From Kiritimatiellia bacterium (lineage in GTDB: Bacteria; Verrucomicrobiota; Kiritimatiellia; JAAZAB01), in contig JAXGPF010000004.1 in the NCBI GenBank assembly GCA_040767085.1, positions 32,001-96,000 of the forward strand: a stretch of DNA of 64,000 nt. The letters are read 5' to 3'. Below, in pieces: positions 1 through 11,728 of this stretch. A program made the position numbers and the translations under genes. The notes under the pieces are model-generated. The model was not told the origin of the DNA and searched no databases. It saw nothing but the letters and a program-made list of their open reading frames with translations. The first letter of the stretch is position 1. Every line of letters begins with the position of its first letter.

Positions 1-1897
1 GCCAGCGGTCGCCGAAACGGCGCCGGAAATAAAACCGTCCCAGCAACGCGCCCACGACTTCCAGGGGCAAGCCCGCCGGCGTGCCCTGCCCCAGCCCGCG
101 CACCAGCCCGTAAACCACCAGGGTGGGCAGGCCCAGCAATGACAGGAGCACATAAGCGCCGACGCCAATGCCCACGCCCCACCCCACCCAGGCCGGTTTC
201 AAGGCTTCAAAAAACAGGGAGCCGCCTTCCATGGTGGAACTGTAGGTCAGGCACATGTTTTTCGCCATCAAGTCCCACATTTTCTGCGCGAACGGATAGG
301 CGTCGGATGGCACCGGCGCCATCTTCCAGAGCAATTGGGAAAAAATCAGCGAGGCGATAATAATAATCGGAATCGTGACCAGCTTCGTCAGCACCTTGCT
401 CCTGATCTTGGTGCCGGTCAACTCCAGAATCCGGAAACCGACCGTCGCCTTGCCGTAATCCGGCATCGGCACCGGGGTAAACCATATCTGCACCCCGCGA
501 TAACCGCTCAGGATATACGTGGCTTCCTTGATCATCGGGATCGTCAAAGCCTGGCCCGCCAATCCTTCCAGCTTGGCGCTGGAATAAGAAATCACAGGGG
601 TAAACACCGTGGCGTACAGGATGAAAAATTTCCAGGGGAAGTCATCAATCAGCCAGGTCGAAATGCCGATCCAGGTGGTGCAGGTGCAGGCATAGATGCC
701 CAGGGCGATGAAAACCGAAAAATCGCCGCGCTTGGGATTGTTGATAAACAGCTTGCGCCAGGTGGATGGCGGGCGCTGACCGGAAGGATTGCCGGTGGCA
801 ATCCGGTGCGATCCATACCGGTTGCGCAGCAGACGCAGCAAGGGCTTGATGGTCTGGCCCAGCCCGATGAGGGTAACCGCCACCGTCAAGCCGATACTGA
901 TGGAAAGATAGACATCCACGTTATTGACGAAAACCGTGTCCACCACGTCCATACCCGGCTGCCAGTTGGCCAGAATTCCCCGGCGGTACAGGATGGGGTT
1001 GGCGATGATCATCGCCAGCAGCCCGAGTCCGCCGCCGATGGCGGCCCAGAAGGGAATCACCATGCCGGTCAGGAGCAGTCCCAGGTCGAGGGTCAGATTC
1101 AGCGGCACGGCCTTCAGCACCTCGCCCATGACAGGCGTAAAATCAATGAAGGGAATGGGTATCAGCATCAGCGGCTTGGGCAGAAACGCGCCCGTGATCG
1201 CAGGCACGGCGATGTAAATCAGGCCGTAACTCATGCCCAGCATGCCCCCGATGGAAAAGCATCGCCAGCGCCAGGCTTGCTGTGGATCGTGCGTATTGGT
1301 CAGCGCCGTGATCCCCGAAGCGCCCACCGCCGCCATGGGAAACGGCAATTCCTCCACATCGTTGACGATACGGTAGAGGACATACCCCATGCCGAAATGG
1401 TCCACGTGGGTGATGACCAGCGCCATGGACACGTAGGCGATCGGCGCAATCCAGGCCTTGGCGAAAAAGGTCCGGCCGAGTTCGGCGATCACTTCCGCCG
1501 GCGGCGCCACCCAGGCGGGAATTTCCTGGGCGACACCCATGGCGCGGGCGTAATCCGACTGTACCAGGAACTGGTTCCAGAGCAAGCCCTGGAAAGGCGA
1601 ACTTATCGCCAGCCCCGCCATGAAGTACAGGATATAGATTTCCTGCATCTTCAGGTCTTTCAGCGAGCGCCGCGCAATTTCCGCGAAGAGAATGATCGTC
1701 ACCCACTGGGAGGCCGTCGCGATGCTGCCGATGTTGCCCACTACCAGGGCGAGGTACATGGCGCCGGGCATCATGATGAAGCCGAGGAAAACGGCGCCGA
1801 TGACTGTGCGCCAGTTGAAGCCGTCGGCGAAAACCGCGGGCGGCGACATCAACCCCCGATATTGATCCAGTTCCCGTTCTTGTAATGTCTTGGCCAT
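1..1897 (-). CDS. OPT-like (oligopeptide transporter superfamily) polytopic membrane protein, 3' end beyond the window edge
   Basis: Not in the ORF track (no stop in window). Manual translation of both ends in one frame: ATG at 1897 gives MAKTLQERELDQYRGLMSPPAVFADGFNWRTVIGAVFLGFIMMPGAMYLALVVG; left edge gives ...LLGLPTLVVYGLVRGLGQGTPAGLPLEVVGALLGRFYFRRRFGDRW. Many hydrophobic helices; GGGA SD; starts 11 nt after the upstream stop. Confidence 0.75.
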   Translation of the reverse strand, partial: MAKTLQERELDQYRGLMSPPAVFADGFNWRTVIGAVFLGFIMMPGAMYLALVVGNIGSIATASQWVTIILFAEIARRSLKDLKMQEIYILYFMAGLAISSPFQGLLWNQFLVQSDYARAMGVAQEIPAWVAPPAEVIAELGRTFFAKAWIAPIAYVSMALVITHVDHFGMGYVLYRIVNDVEELPFPMAAVGASGITALTNTHDPQQAWRWRCFSIGGMLGMSYGLIYIAVPAITGAFLPKPLMLIPIPFIDFTPVMGEVLKAVPLNLTLDLGLLLTGMVIPFWAAIGGGLGLLAMIIANPILYRRGILANWQPGMDVVDTVFVNNVDVYLSISIGLTVAVTLIGLGQTIKPLLRLLRNRYGSHRIATGNPSGQRPPSTWRKLFINNPKRGDFSVFIALGIYACTCTTWIGISTWLIDDFPWKFFILYATVFTPVISYSSAKLEGLAGQALTIPMIKEATYILSGYRGVQIWFTPVPMPDYGKATVGFRILELTGTKIRSKVLTKLVTIPIIIIASLIFSQLLWKMAPVPSDAYPFAQKMWDLMAKNMCLTYSSTMEGGSLFFEALKPAWVGWGVGIGVGAYVLLSLLGLPTLVVYGLVRGLGQGTPAGLPLEVVGALLGRFYFRRRFGDRW

Positions 1898-1908
1898 ATC
1901 GCGTCCCA

Positions 1909-4900
1909 TCAACCGACCGGCGCCGCGTCAGCGCCTTCCGCCAGCCCCTGATCCACTTGCTGCACGTACACATGCTGCTGGGCCAGGTCCAGGTTGCGCC
2001 AGCGCATGAGGTATTTGCGCATCCGCTCCAGAAACGGACGGTTGGTCATCACCCAGTTCGTGTCCTGGCCGGAAATGCGTTCGACGATCATCGTCAGGCG
2101 GTAGGCCTGGACCCTGTCGTCATAATTGAGGCGGAACCGCAGCTGCTGCGTCACGCCCAGGTCGTATGGCGCCAGGGCCACGTGGTAATCCAGCTGGTAG
2201 GCGCGCCGGCCGGCGGCATCCTTTTCACAGCGGTAAGCGGACGGCGTGGCGATCAAATCGCCGATGGAAGCGGCGGTAAACCGGCTGAAATACTCGCGCA
2301 GGTAGCCGATCACGCCCGCCGACACCTGCGGCGTGTAAATAAACGGAAACACCACCGGCATCAAGTTGCCCTGCCGGGGCGGCAGCGACCACTTGCGCTT
2401 GCCGGACGGCACGGCGGCGCGCGTGGCGACGGTGGCCGGGTAAATCGTTGAAAGCAGCACGATGGCGATGGTGAAAAGGATCACGTAAGCCACGCTCATC
2501 GAGGAATAGTTGAAATTGATCCCATGGACCAGATTGAAGCGGGCAATCACGATGCTCAACACCTGACCGATCAGATAACCGCCCACGGAGCCGATCACGC
2601 CGTACACAAACGATTCGGCCAGGAAAAACATCCCGATATGGTGGGGATTCAACCCGACGGCATTGTAAACCGCGATTTCTTTTTTGCGCTCGTAAACCGA
2701 GCCCAGCATCGTGTTGAGAATGATGGTGCTGGCGATGATCAGCGGGATCAGCAACACCGCCAGCCCGCCGACCGACGTGCTGTAGCTGGAACCAATATAG
2801 TAAATGCCCGCCGCGATCGTCTGGCGCCCGTCGTCGCCGGCGGCAAAGGGCTTGCGGCTGGCCAGGTAAAACCGGGCGCTGGTGGAAGTCAGCACCAGGT
2901 CGGCCAGCGACCATAACGACTCGTCATCGTCGATTTTCAGGGAAACGCTGTAGGGCCGGGCGCCGAAGCGCTCGGCCGTGCCAATGGGCATAACCAGCAG
3001 GGACGAAGACTCCACGTGAAACAGCGCGCCCATATCGTGAATATCCTCGGTGGGCGAAGCCTTGACCTTCGCCCGGGGATCGAACGTATCGACGCCGGCA
3101 TCGGTTTCGATGCGCTTGATCGGCAGCAGCGGCAGGCCGTTCAAATCCTTGATGTTGCGGAAGAGCGCGTCATCCAGCAGGCCCGCCACCTTGAATTCCC
3201 GCCCATCCATCAGGATGCGGACATCATCCATGTTGGCTTCCGTCACGTCCAGCACCGCCGCCACGGAACCGAAAAGCATCACTTCGTCGGCGTCATCCGC
3301 CGAAAAATTACGCCCGGCCGTCAGCGGCAGCGACTCCACGTAACCGTCCTCCTGCAGTTCCAGCCCCAGGATGCCGTCCAGTCGGACTTCGCCGCCGCCG
3401 GCCTTGCGCACGCTCAACGGCACGTTGTCGTTCGGGGAAACCAACCAGCGCCGCACCAGCAACTGGCCCCGGCCAGCCAGCAGGTTGCGCAGGACGGCCA
3501 GTGTGTTCGCGTCCATGGTGGACTTGCCCGGCCAGTGATACATCATGCCGGTGTATGGCGCAGTTTTGCCGCGCGGCACGACGGTCGGGTTGATTTTCTT
3601 GGAAATGCTGGTGAAGGAAAGCATGGTAAAGGCGATCAGCACGATCGTCGCGGTGGTCAGCATCGTGCGGACACGCCGGCGCTTCATGTTGTTGACGCCG
3701 ATCAGCATGGCTTTCTGGCTGACGGTCGAGTAGCCGACTTCGTCCTCCATCACGCCGCCCTGGAAACTGCGGAAAAGCAGCTGCATCTCGCCCTCGAACC
3801 GGCCCCGCAGAATACTGATCACGAACAGCCCCATGGCGCCCATGACGAAGGCGATGAAAATCGCCTCGGCCGCCTGGGCGACGCGGAAAGCCGGATGGAT
3901 CAGGCGGAAGACCAGGAACGTGATCACGAAAAGCAGGGCGAACATTCCCATTTCGTGCTCGATTTTCACGAAATTGAAGAGCAGCTTCTGCACGAAAAAG
4001 CAAAACGGCAGCAGCAGGGCCATGTAAACCACCACGGCTTTCAGCATGTCGTCCGTGGTCTGCTTGGCCTGCTCGTAGGACTTCATCTGCAACCCCATGG
4101 CTTCGTAAAGATGGCGCAGATACGACAGATGCTGCTTGCTGGCCCGCGCCTCCCGGACCCGGTCCAGCAGCGCATCCCCGCGCTCGAGAAATTCCCGCGA
4201 CAGTTCGCCGGCCACATCGCGCAGCTTGAGCAGGCGGGCATGATTGAGAATCGAAACATCCTGGGCGGAGCGGTAAAACAAATCGGCCTCCAGTTCGTCC
4301 GGACGCAGAATGCCATGGCCCTCCGGTTCTTCCTCGGTGGCGTGCAGCATGACGCGCTTATCCGCGGTCACCAGCTTGAAGCGTTCGCGCCCGTCCATAT
4401 AATAGGCGGCGGGCGCGCCGGCCGCCGGGTCAACGAATTTGGAAGTCAAGGGCGACTGCACCCCCGTCAGGCCGAAGTTGCGGGGGGAGGCGTTGCCCCG
4501 CGCCGTCAGGGCCATCATGTCGGCGATGGCGATCGGCGCGTTGGCGATCAGCGTCGAGTCGTACATGGCATACAGCGGGAATTCCTCGCACTCGAACAGC
4601 GCCAGGGTCAGATGCGCGTTCAAGCGGTTGGAATCCACCTTGTTCTGGGCCGCGCCGGCGTTGATCGTGTGGTCCACCGCAATGAAATCATCGTCGAAAT
4701 GGAAAGCGGCGCTGGTCTTCGGGCCCCGGGCAGAGGCCACCAGTCCGTACACCACGGCGCTGGCGCGGAGGTCGGTCATGACGATGTCGGCATTGACCAC
4801 GTCGCCATAGACAATCTGCCACTGGTGGAACGCGGCGTAAGTCGCCCAGAGCATATAAGAATTGCGCACGATCACCGCCGTGTGGGGCACGGGGATTTCC

Positions 4901-6918
4901 GGGAACACGCTGGCCGACAACTCGTCGTACTTGCAGGTCTTGACCTGGATGGCTTTGGCCGGCACGCTCGAAACCGCCGGGAGACCCAGTTGGGAGCTGG
5001 TGGTGACGTAACGGTCGTTCAGCAATTCGCGCCAGAAATTAGGCAGGAAAACCATGCCTTCCGCAAACCGCCGGACATCCAGGTTTTCCAGCGTGTCGGA
5101 CGGCAGGAAGGCTCGTCCGTGCCCGGAAAATGCATTGGCGAATTTAAACGCCGGAATGCGGTCGTAAATCTGAAAAATAATCTCGCCCGGAGGCGTGTAG
5201 GACGGCATGTACTCCTGAGGGATGTAATGCGCTTCGGACAGCCCCCCGCGCATGCTCAAGGTGTCCAGCACCAGCCCCGGCTTGCCGCCGGCGGCGGCCC
5301 CCAGCCGCGCGCTGATTTCCGCCGTGTTGATGCCCCACGACGTCGCCCAGCGCTTGCCGCCGCTGATATCGCCCACGGCAAAGCCGAAGTTATCGGTGCT
5401 CCAATCGGCGGCCAGATTGACCACGAAAACCACCCGCCGGCCGCGGATGGCTTCGCGGATGGCGCCGTTGGCAACATCATTTTCCAGGTCCAGGCTGTTC
5501 AATTCGGCGCAGCGGCGGTTGAACTCCAGGGTTTCGGCGACATAACTGCGGAAGATGTCAAACTCCTCGGGCGTCAAATCTCCGAGCTTGGTCTGCATGC
5601 CCACCTTGTTGAAAAGCGTCAGGATGTTGACGTACTTCGCCTTATCCTTGACCAATTCCGCACGGCGCGCGGACTGCTCCGCGGGCGACAACTTGCTGAA
5701 CTGCAGCTTGCCCAGTTCGGTTTTGATGCGGTTGACGTCGCGCTTGGCCAGGCGCACCAGCGGATTTTTGACGGTAATGTTGCGCCCGGTGGTATCGTCC
5801 ACCAGCGAGCGCCAGCGGATCAGCGTGGCTTCGTCTTCCGGGCGGAATTGTTCCAGGTTCAGCCCGCCGTAATGTTTCAAAACCGCCTTGTTGTTCCGCA
5901 GGTCGGCATTGACCACGTCGCGCAGTTCCTCCACCGCGGAGCGGTCCGCCAGCAGGTGCCAGCCCAACAGGTGTTCCCCCTTGTAATGCTGGGTGTGGGC
6001 GTTCACCGCCACCAGCAAAACCGAACGGGCAGGCGGCGCGGACTTGAACAAGTCCAGCATGCGCAGCAGCAGCATCAGGTTGCCCGCCGATTGGGCGCCC
6101 TGCGCCAGTGCGGGCGCCACGCAATTGGCGTCCAGCGGTGCGGCGAAAACGCCCACCTCGCCGGCAAGCACCTGATCGCTGCCCGGCACCAGGACCCATA
6201 AATTCCTCAAATAACGGTTTTCCCAGCGCGACGGCTCCGCCCGCACGCGCGCCGGGACATTTTTCTCAGCGGCTTCCCGCAAGGCCCGGGCCGCATCACC
6301 CTGCGCCAGGAAGCGCGGCACCGACACTTCCGTGGAATAGACCTTGTTCAAGGACTCGAAACGCCGGTATTCCTCGGGCTCCAGAAAAATGAAGCCTTTC
6401 ACACCAAAACGCAGCCAGTTCACCCAGGCGCTGCCGCAGTCGAATTCCATCACGGCGACCGCGCCCTGCAGGTCCACGCCGGCCAGCCGCTCCAGGTCCG
6501 CCACCCCGCCCAGCCCCAGGTAAACCAGGGGCGCCGTGAAGTCCCGCTCGGTGAAATTGCCCGGACGGAAGAGCGTCGGATGCATGGGCGCCACCGGCAG
6601 CGGGCCGGCGCCCGCCACTTCCACGGAAGTGGCGCCGGGCAGGAAGACCGGCGCGGCAAAACGCATTTCGCCGTGCGGCAGCCCGGCGGCGGCGAATTTT
6701 TCCGCCACGCGTTCCTCCAGCGCCAGATTGCCGGGGGAGCCCGGATGGCGCATTTCGGCGCCGGAGAGCAAACCGGCCAGTTCCGCGCGCAAGCGCTGCT
6801 CGGCTTCGGGCGAAGCCCAGCGCGCTTCCGTCTCAGCCGCCGCGGCGGCGGCCAGCGCCCAAGCCGCCGCTGCCGGCAAGCACCGCTTCGCAATCTGCAA
6901 GAGTTCCGCCTTCATCAT
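1909..6918 (-). CDS. Large fusion protein: signal peptide, PA domain + M28 peptidase-like fold, then two FtsX/MacB-type permease modules
   Basis: 1669 aa; N-terminal signal-like AAAAWALAAAAAA; PA-like APLVYLGLGG..DLQGAVAVMEF; FtsX motifs NNMKRRRVRTMLTTATIVL and NTMLGSVYERKKEIAVYNAVGLNP..IGMFFLAES. Confidence 0.8.
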   Translation of the reverse strand: MMKAELLQIAKRCLPAAAAWALAAAAAAETEARWASPEAEQRLRAELAGLLSGAEMRHPGSPGNLALEERVAEKFAAAGLPHGEMRFAAPVFLPGATSVEVAGAGPLPVAPMHPTLFRPGNFTERDFTAPLVYLGLGGVADLERLAGVDLQGAVAVMEFDCGSAWVNWLRFGVKGFIFLEPEEYRRFESLNKVYSTEVSVPRFLAQGDAARALREAAEKNVPARVRAEPSRWENRYLRNLWVLVPGSDQVLAGEVGVFAAPLDANCVAPALAQGAQSAGNLMLLLRMLDLFKSAPPARSVLLVAVNAHTQHYKGEHLLGWHLLADRSAVEELRDVVNADLRNNKAVLKHYGGLNLEQFRPEDEATLIRWRSLVDDTTGRNITVKNPLVRLAKRDVNRIKTELGKLQFSKLSPAEQSARRAELVKDKAKYVNILTLFNKVGMQTKLGDLTPEEFDIFRSYVAETLEFNRRCAELNSLDLENDVANGAIREAIRGRRVVFVVNLAADWSTDNFGFAVGDISGGKRWATSWGINTAEISARLGAAAGGKPGLVLDTLSMRGGLSEAHYIPQEYMPSYTPPGEIIFQIYDRIPAFKFANAFSGHGRAFLPSDTLENLDVRRFAEGMVFLPNFWRELLNDRYVTTSSQLGLPAVSSVPAKAIQVKTCKYDELSASVFPEIPVPHTAVIVRNSYMLWATYAAFHQWQIVYGDVVNADIVMTDLRASAVVYGLVASARGPKTSAAFHFDDDFIAVDHTINAGAAQNKVDSNRLNAHLTLALFECEEFPLYAMYDSTLIANAPIAIADMMALTARGNASPRNFGLTGVQSPLTSKFVDPAAGAPAAYYMDGRERFKLVTADKRVMLHATEEEPEGHGILRPDELEADLFYRSAQDVSILNHARLLKLRDVAGELSREFLERGDALLDRVREARASKQHLSYLRHLYEAMGLQMKSYEQAKQTTDDMLKAVVVYMALLLPFCFFVQKLLFNFVKIEHEMGMFALLFVITFLVFRLIHPAFRVAQAAEAIFIAFVMGAMGLFVISILRGRFEGEMQLLFRSFQGGVMEDEVGYSTVSQKAMLIGVNNMKRRRVRTMLTTATIVLIAFTMLSFTSISKKINPTVVPRGKTAPYTGMMYHWPGKSTMDANTLAVLRNLLAGRGQLLVRRWLVSPNDNVPLSVRKAGGGEVRLDGILGLELQEDGYVESLPLTAGRNFSADDADEVMLFGSVAAVLDVTEANMDDVRILMDGREFKVAGLLDDALFRNIKDLNGLPLLPIKRIETDAGVDTFDPRAKVKASPTEDIHDMGALFHVESSSLLVMPIGTAERFGARPYSVSLKIDDDESLWSLADLVLTSTSARFYLASRKPFAAGDDGRQTIAAGIYYIGSSYSTSVGGLAVLLIPLIIASTIILNTMLGSVYERKKEIAVYNAVGLNPHHIGMFFLAESFVYGVIGSVGGYLIGQVLSIVIARFNLVHGINFNYSSMSVAYVILFTIAIVLLSTIYPATVATRAAVPSGKRKWSLPPRQGNLMPVVFPFIYTPQVSAGVIGYLREYFSRFTAASIGDLIATPSAYRCEKDAAGRRAYQLDYHVALAPYDLGVTQQLRFRLNYDDRVQAYRLTMIVERISGQDTNWVMTNRPFLERMRKYLMRWRNLDLAQQHVYVQQVDQGLAEGADAAPVG

Positions 6919-7295
6919 TTGATCAAAATTGAAATCACGCCGCGCTTCACCAGGGATTTGAGAAATTCCACCGTGCTCAAGGCCGCCTCCCGGCGATTCA
7001 AACGGTAATGTCCGGCAAATTTCTCGATAATCTCCAGCGTCGTGCGCCGCTGATCCACCAGTTTAAACACATAACTACCCAATTCATCCAGCCGAATCGT
7101 GCGCTCGTTCACCGCCAGGCTCCCGCGCCCCCACCACCGCCGGCGGCGGCGGGTCTGACGCACGGTCAACACCAACCGTCCACTGTCCGGCTCCTCGCTA
7201 AAACTAATTCCCTCGTTCAGCACCGGCACCCCGGCCAGCGACTGCCGGCGGTCTACGGCCGGCGCGTCTTGCTTCCTGGAACTGAAACCAAAAAT
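6915..7295 (-). CDS. PqqD/RRE-like small protein (start uncertain: GTG 7229 or ATT 7295)
   Basis: IRLDELGSYVFKLVDQRRTTLEIIEKFAGHY..REAALSTVEFLKSLVKRGVI matches the PqqD pattern; ATGA overlap with the downstream gene. Confidence 0.7.
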   Translation of the reverse strand: MFGFSSRKQDAPAVDRRQSLAGVPVLNEGISFSEEPDSGRLVLTVRQTRRRRRWWGRGSLAVNERTIRLDELGSYVFKLVDQRRTTLEIIEKFAGHYRLNRREAALSTVEFLKSLVKRGVISILIK

Positions 7296-7339
7296 ATCCG
7301 TTCCCCTTAAAACTCAAATCAGCAATTTCAAATCTCAAA

Positions 7340-8125
7340 TTATATCGTACTGCCGTCAATATTGCCCACCTTGATCTGCAGGTTGCGGCGCTCTTCCAGG
7401 CGTTCCACCAGACCGTCGCGTATCCACAGGATGCGGTCCGACACGTCCAGCATTTTCATGTCATGCGTGGCGGAAATCACAGTGATATTCTCCGTGGTCT
7501 TCAAATGCACCAGCAGATCAATCATTTCCTTGCCCGTGTGCACATCCAGATTGGCCGTCGGCTCATCCGCCAGAATGATCACCGGATCGTTGGCAATGGC
7601 CCGGGCGACGGCTACGCGCTGCTGCTGGCCGCCGGAGAGTTCGTACGGACGGTGAAAAATCCGCTGTCCCAGGCCGACCTTGCGCAGGATTTCCACGCCC
7701 TTGTCGCGGGCATCGTCCGCGGACATGCCCGCAAAAATCATCGGCAAGGTGACGTTTTCCAGGGCGGTTAAAACGGGCAGGATGTTGTAGGACTGGAAGA
7801 TATACCCGATTTTATGGCAGCGCATCCAGGCCAGTTCAAACGAATCCAGTTGCGCAACGTCAATCTCATCGATGAACACCATGCCTTCGGTCGGCGAGTC
7901 AATGCCGCCGATCATGTTGAAGAGGGTGGATTTGCCCGAGCCGGAGGGGCCCATGATGGACAGGTATTCGCCGCGGTAAACATCCAGGGTGATGCCGTCC
8001 AACGCCTTGGTCACCGTATCGCCGGAGCCGTAATACCGCTTGACATCCATTGCCCGGATAACCAGATCGCGGGCGGCGGGCGCCGCTGGCGATAGATTTT
8101 CATCGACCCTGGCTATTTCCGGCAT
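7340..8125 (-). CDS. ABC transporter ATP-binding protein (LolD/MacB/FtsE type)
   Basis: Walker A GPSGSGKS, signature [13 protein letters not shown], Walker [13 protein letters not shown]-loop ATHD. Confidence 0.95.
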   Translation of the reverse strand: MPEIARVDENLSPAAPAARDLVIRAMDVKRYYGSGDTVTKALDGITLDVYRGEYLSIMGPSGSGKSTLFNMIGGIDSPTEGMVFIDEIDVAQLDSFELAWMRCHKIGYIFQSYNILPVLTALENVTLPMIFAGMSADDARDKGVEILRKVGLGQRIFHRPYELSGGQQQRVAVARAIANDPVIILADEPTANLDVHTGKEMIDLLVHLKTTENITVISATHDMKMLDVSDRILWIRDGLVERLEERRNLQIKVGNIDGSTI

Positions 8126-8260
8126 TACAACCTCAAAAAAACCCGTGAAGGGAAATGATTATCCAAAACGCATGGGGATAAAATTTAGCGGAATCAGCCG
8201 GGCGGCGCAAGTAATTTTTTTAATATTTTTCCGGCGCCGGCCCGGGCGCGCGAATAAATC

Positions 8261-8289
8261 TTTACAGCGGCGGGTGCGGTTGGCATAAT
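8261..8289 (+). promoter_or_regulatory. Putative sigma70 promoter for aroA'B'
   Basis: TTTACA-17 nt-CATAAT with extended -10 TG. Confidence 0.5.
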
Positions 8290-8330
8290 CGGTTGAAATT
8301 TTAAAACATACTCTCGCGGGAGCACACGCC

Positions 8331-9134
8331 ATGATGATCGGAAAACATGTTCGCTTGGAACGCATAATCAACCGGCAGACCGGGAAGACCGTGATTGTCC
8401 CCATGGACCACGGGGTCACCGTCGGGCCCATCCCCGGCCTGATTGACATGAAATCGGCCGTGAACCAGGTCGTGGAAGGCGGCGCCAACGCCATCATCGA
8501 ACACAAGGGCATGGTGCGCGCCGGCCACCGCCAGTCGGGCAAGGATATCGGACTGATGATCCACATGTCGGCCAGCACCAGCCTCTCGCCGCACCCCACC
8601 GGGAAAGTGCTGGTCTGCACGGTCGAGGAAGCCATCCAGATGGGCGCCGACGGCGTTTCGATCCAGGTCAACCTGGGCGCGCCGTCGGACGATGAAATGC
8701 TGGAGCACTTCGGCGAAGTGTCCCGGCGCTGCACGCAATGGGGCATGCCGCTGCTGGTGATGCTTTACACGCGCGGCGAAAAAATCCGCAACGAGTACGA
8801 CACCGCCTGCGTCAAGCACGCGGCGCGCGTGGGCGCGGAAATCGGCGCGGATATCGTCAAGGTCAATTATACCGGTTCCCCGCAATCCTTTGCAGAGGTC
8901 ACCGCCGGCTGTCCCGTGCCGGTGGTGATCGCCGGGGGCGAGAAGATGGAGTCGGACGAGGACATCCTGCGCATGGTGGAAGGCGCCATGCAGGCCGGCG
9001 CCGCCGGGGTTTCGATCGGACGCAACGTCTTCCAGCATGCCAATCCGACGCGCATGGTCGCCGCCATCAGCCGGGTGGTGCACAATAACGTCACAGCGCG
9101 CGAAGCGGCGGCTTTCCTGAGGAGCGCGCCATGA
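8331..9134 (+). CDS. aroA': 2-amino-3,7-dideoxy-D-threo-hept-6-ulosonate synthase (class I DhnA-type aldolase)
   Basis: [25 protein letters not shown] (Schiff-base Lys), IGRNVFQH; directly followed by DHQ synthase II. Confidence 0.85.
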   Translation: MMIGKHVRLERIINRQTGKTVIVPMDHGVTVGPIPGLIDMKSAVNQVVEGGANAIIEHKGMVRAGHRQSGKDIGLMIHMSASTSLSPHPTGKVLVCTVEEAIQMGADGVSIQVNLGAPSDDEMLEHFGEVSRRCTQWGMPLLVMLYTRGEKIRNEYDTACVKHAARVGAEIGADIVKVNYTGSPQSFAEVTAGCPVPVVIAGGEKMESDEDILRMVEGAMQAGAAGVSIGRNVFQHANPTRMVAAISRVVHNNVTAREAAAFLRSAP

Positions 9135-10123
9135 AACAAGCCTGGGTGCAGATTGCTCCCTGGGACCAGGAACTGGCCATCGCCGCCCTGGAAGCCGGCG
9201 CCGATGCGCTGGTGCTGAATCCGGGCGACGGCGAGAGAGCGCGCGCGCTGGGCCGCATCGCGATTGTCGCGGAAGACGGCGACATCGTTCCCGGCCGCGA
9301 CCTGCTGGTGTTCGACATCGATTCCAAGGCCGGCGAGGAACGCGCCGCGCGCGCGCCGCGCGAGGCCATGCTCCTGCTGCGCATGCGCGACTGGACCATC
9401 ATCCCCCTGGAAAACCTGCTGGCGCAGCGCAATCGCCTGCTGGTCGAAGTGCGCAATGCCGATGAGGCCCGCACTATGCTGGGCGTGCTGGAAAAGGGCG
9501 TGGACGGCGTGGTGATTGCCGGCGCCGACCCGGCGGCCGTGCGCCGGATAGTCGCCCTGGTCCACGATTGCACACCGCCGGTGGCATTGCAAACGGCGGT
9601 CGTCACCCGCATTCAACCCAGCGGCATGGGCGACCGCGTCTGCATTGACACCTGCTCGCGGATGAGCCCGGGCGAAGGCATGCTGGTCGGCAACACCAGC
9701 AGCGCCTTTTTCCTCGTGCACGCCGAAACGCTGGAGAATCCCTATGTTGCCGCCCGGCCCTTCCGCGTCAATGCCGGCCCCGTGCACGCCTACCTGCTGC
9801 GGCCGGAGAATCGCACCGCTTACCTCTCCGACCTGCGCACCGGCGACGCGGTGATGATTGTCAATGCCCGGGGCGAAGGGCGCGTGGCGCACATCGGCCG
9901 CTGCAAGGTGGAAGCCCGCCCCATGCTGCTGGTTTTCGCCGAGATCGCGGGCCAGGAAATTTCCGTTTACCTGCAGAACGCCGAGACCATTAACCTCACG
10001 CGGCCCGGCGGCGAGCCGGTATCCGTCGCCAAACTGCAACCCGGCGATGAAGTGCTGGTGCGCCTGGAAACCGCCGGACGCCATTTCGGCATGCCGATCC
10101 AGGAAACACTGGCGGAGAAATAA
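9131..10123 (+). CDS. aroB': 3-dehydroquinate synthase II
   Basis: [45 protein letters not shown] motifs. Confidence 0.92.
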   Translation: MKQAWVQIAPWDQELAIAALEAGADALVLNPGDGERARALGRIAIVAEDGDIVPGRDLLVFDIDSKAGEERAARAPREAMLLLRMRDWTIIPLENLLAQRNRLLVEVRNADEARTMLGVLEKGVDGVVIAGADPAAVRRIVALVHDCTPPVALQTAVVTRIQPSGMGDRVCIDTCSRMSPGEGMLVGNTSSAFFLVHAETLENPYVAARPFRVNAGPVHAYLLRPENRTAYLSDLRTGDAVMIVNARGEGRVAHIGRCKVEARPMLLVFAEIAGQEISVYLQNAETINLTRPGGEPVSVAKLQPGDEVLVRLETAGRHFGMPIQETLAEK

Positions 10124-10144
10124 GCCGCGGCGCCCGGCGCGCAA

Positions 10145-11719
<1,575 letters not shown>

Positions 11720-11728
11720 AATGTGACA

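Noticed and set aside
3008-3023. parS-like sequence GACTCCACGTGAAACA
   Set aside because: Three mismatches in one arm, lies inside a CDS (LFHVES) and is far from parB; probably chance
335-6201. Long plus-strand ORFs 335-1885 and 3016-6201
   Set aside because: Antisense shadows of real high-GC minus-strand genes; no recognisable motifs
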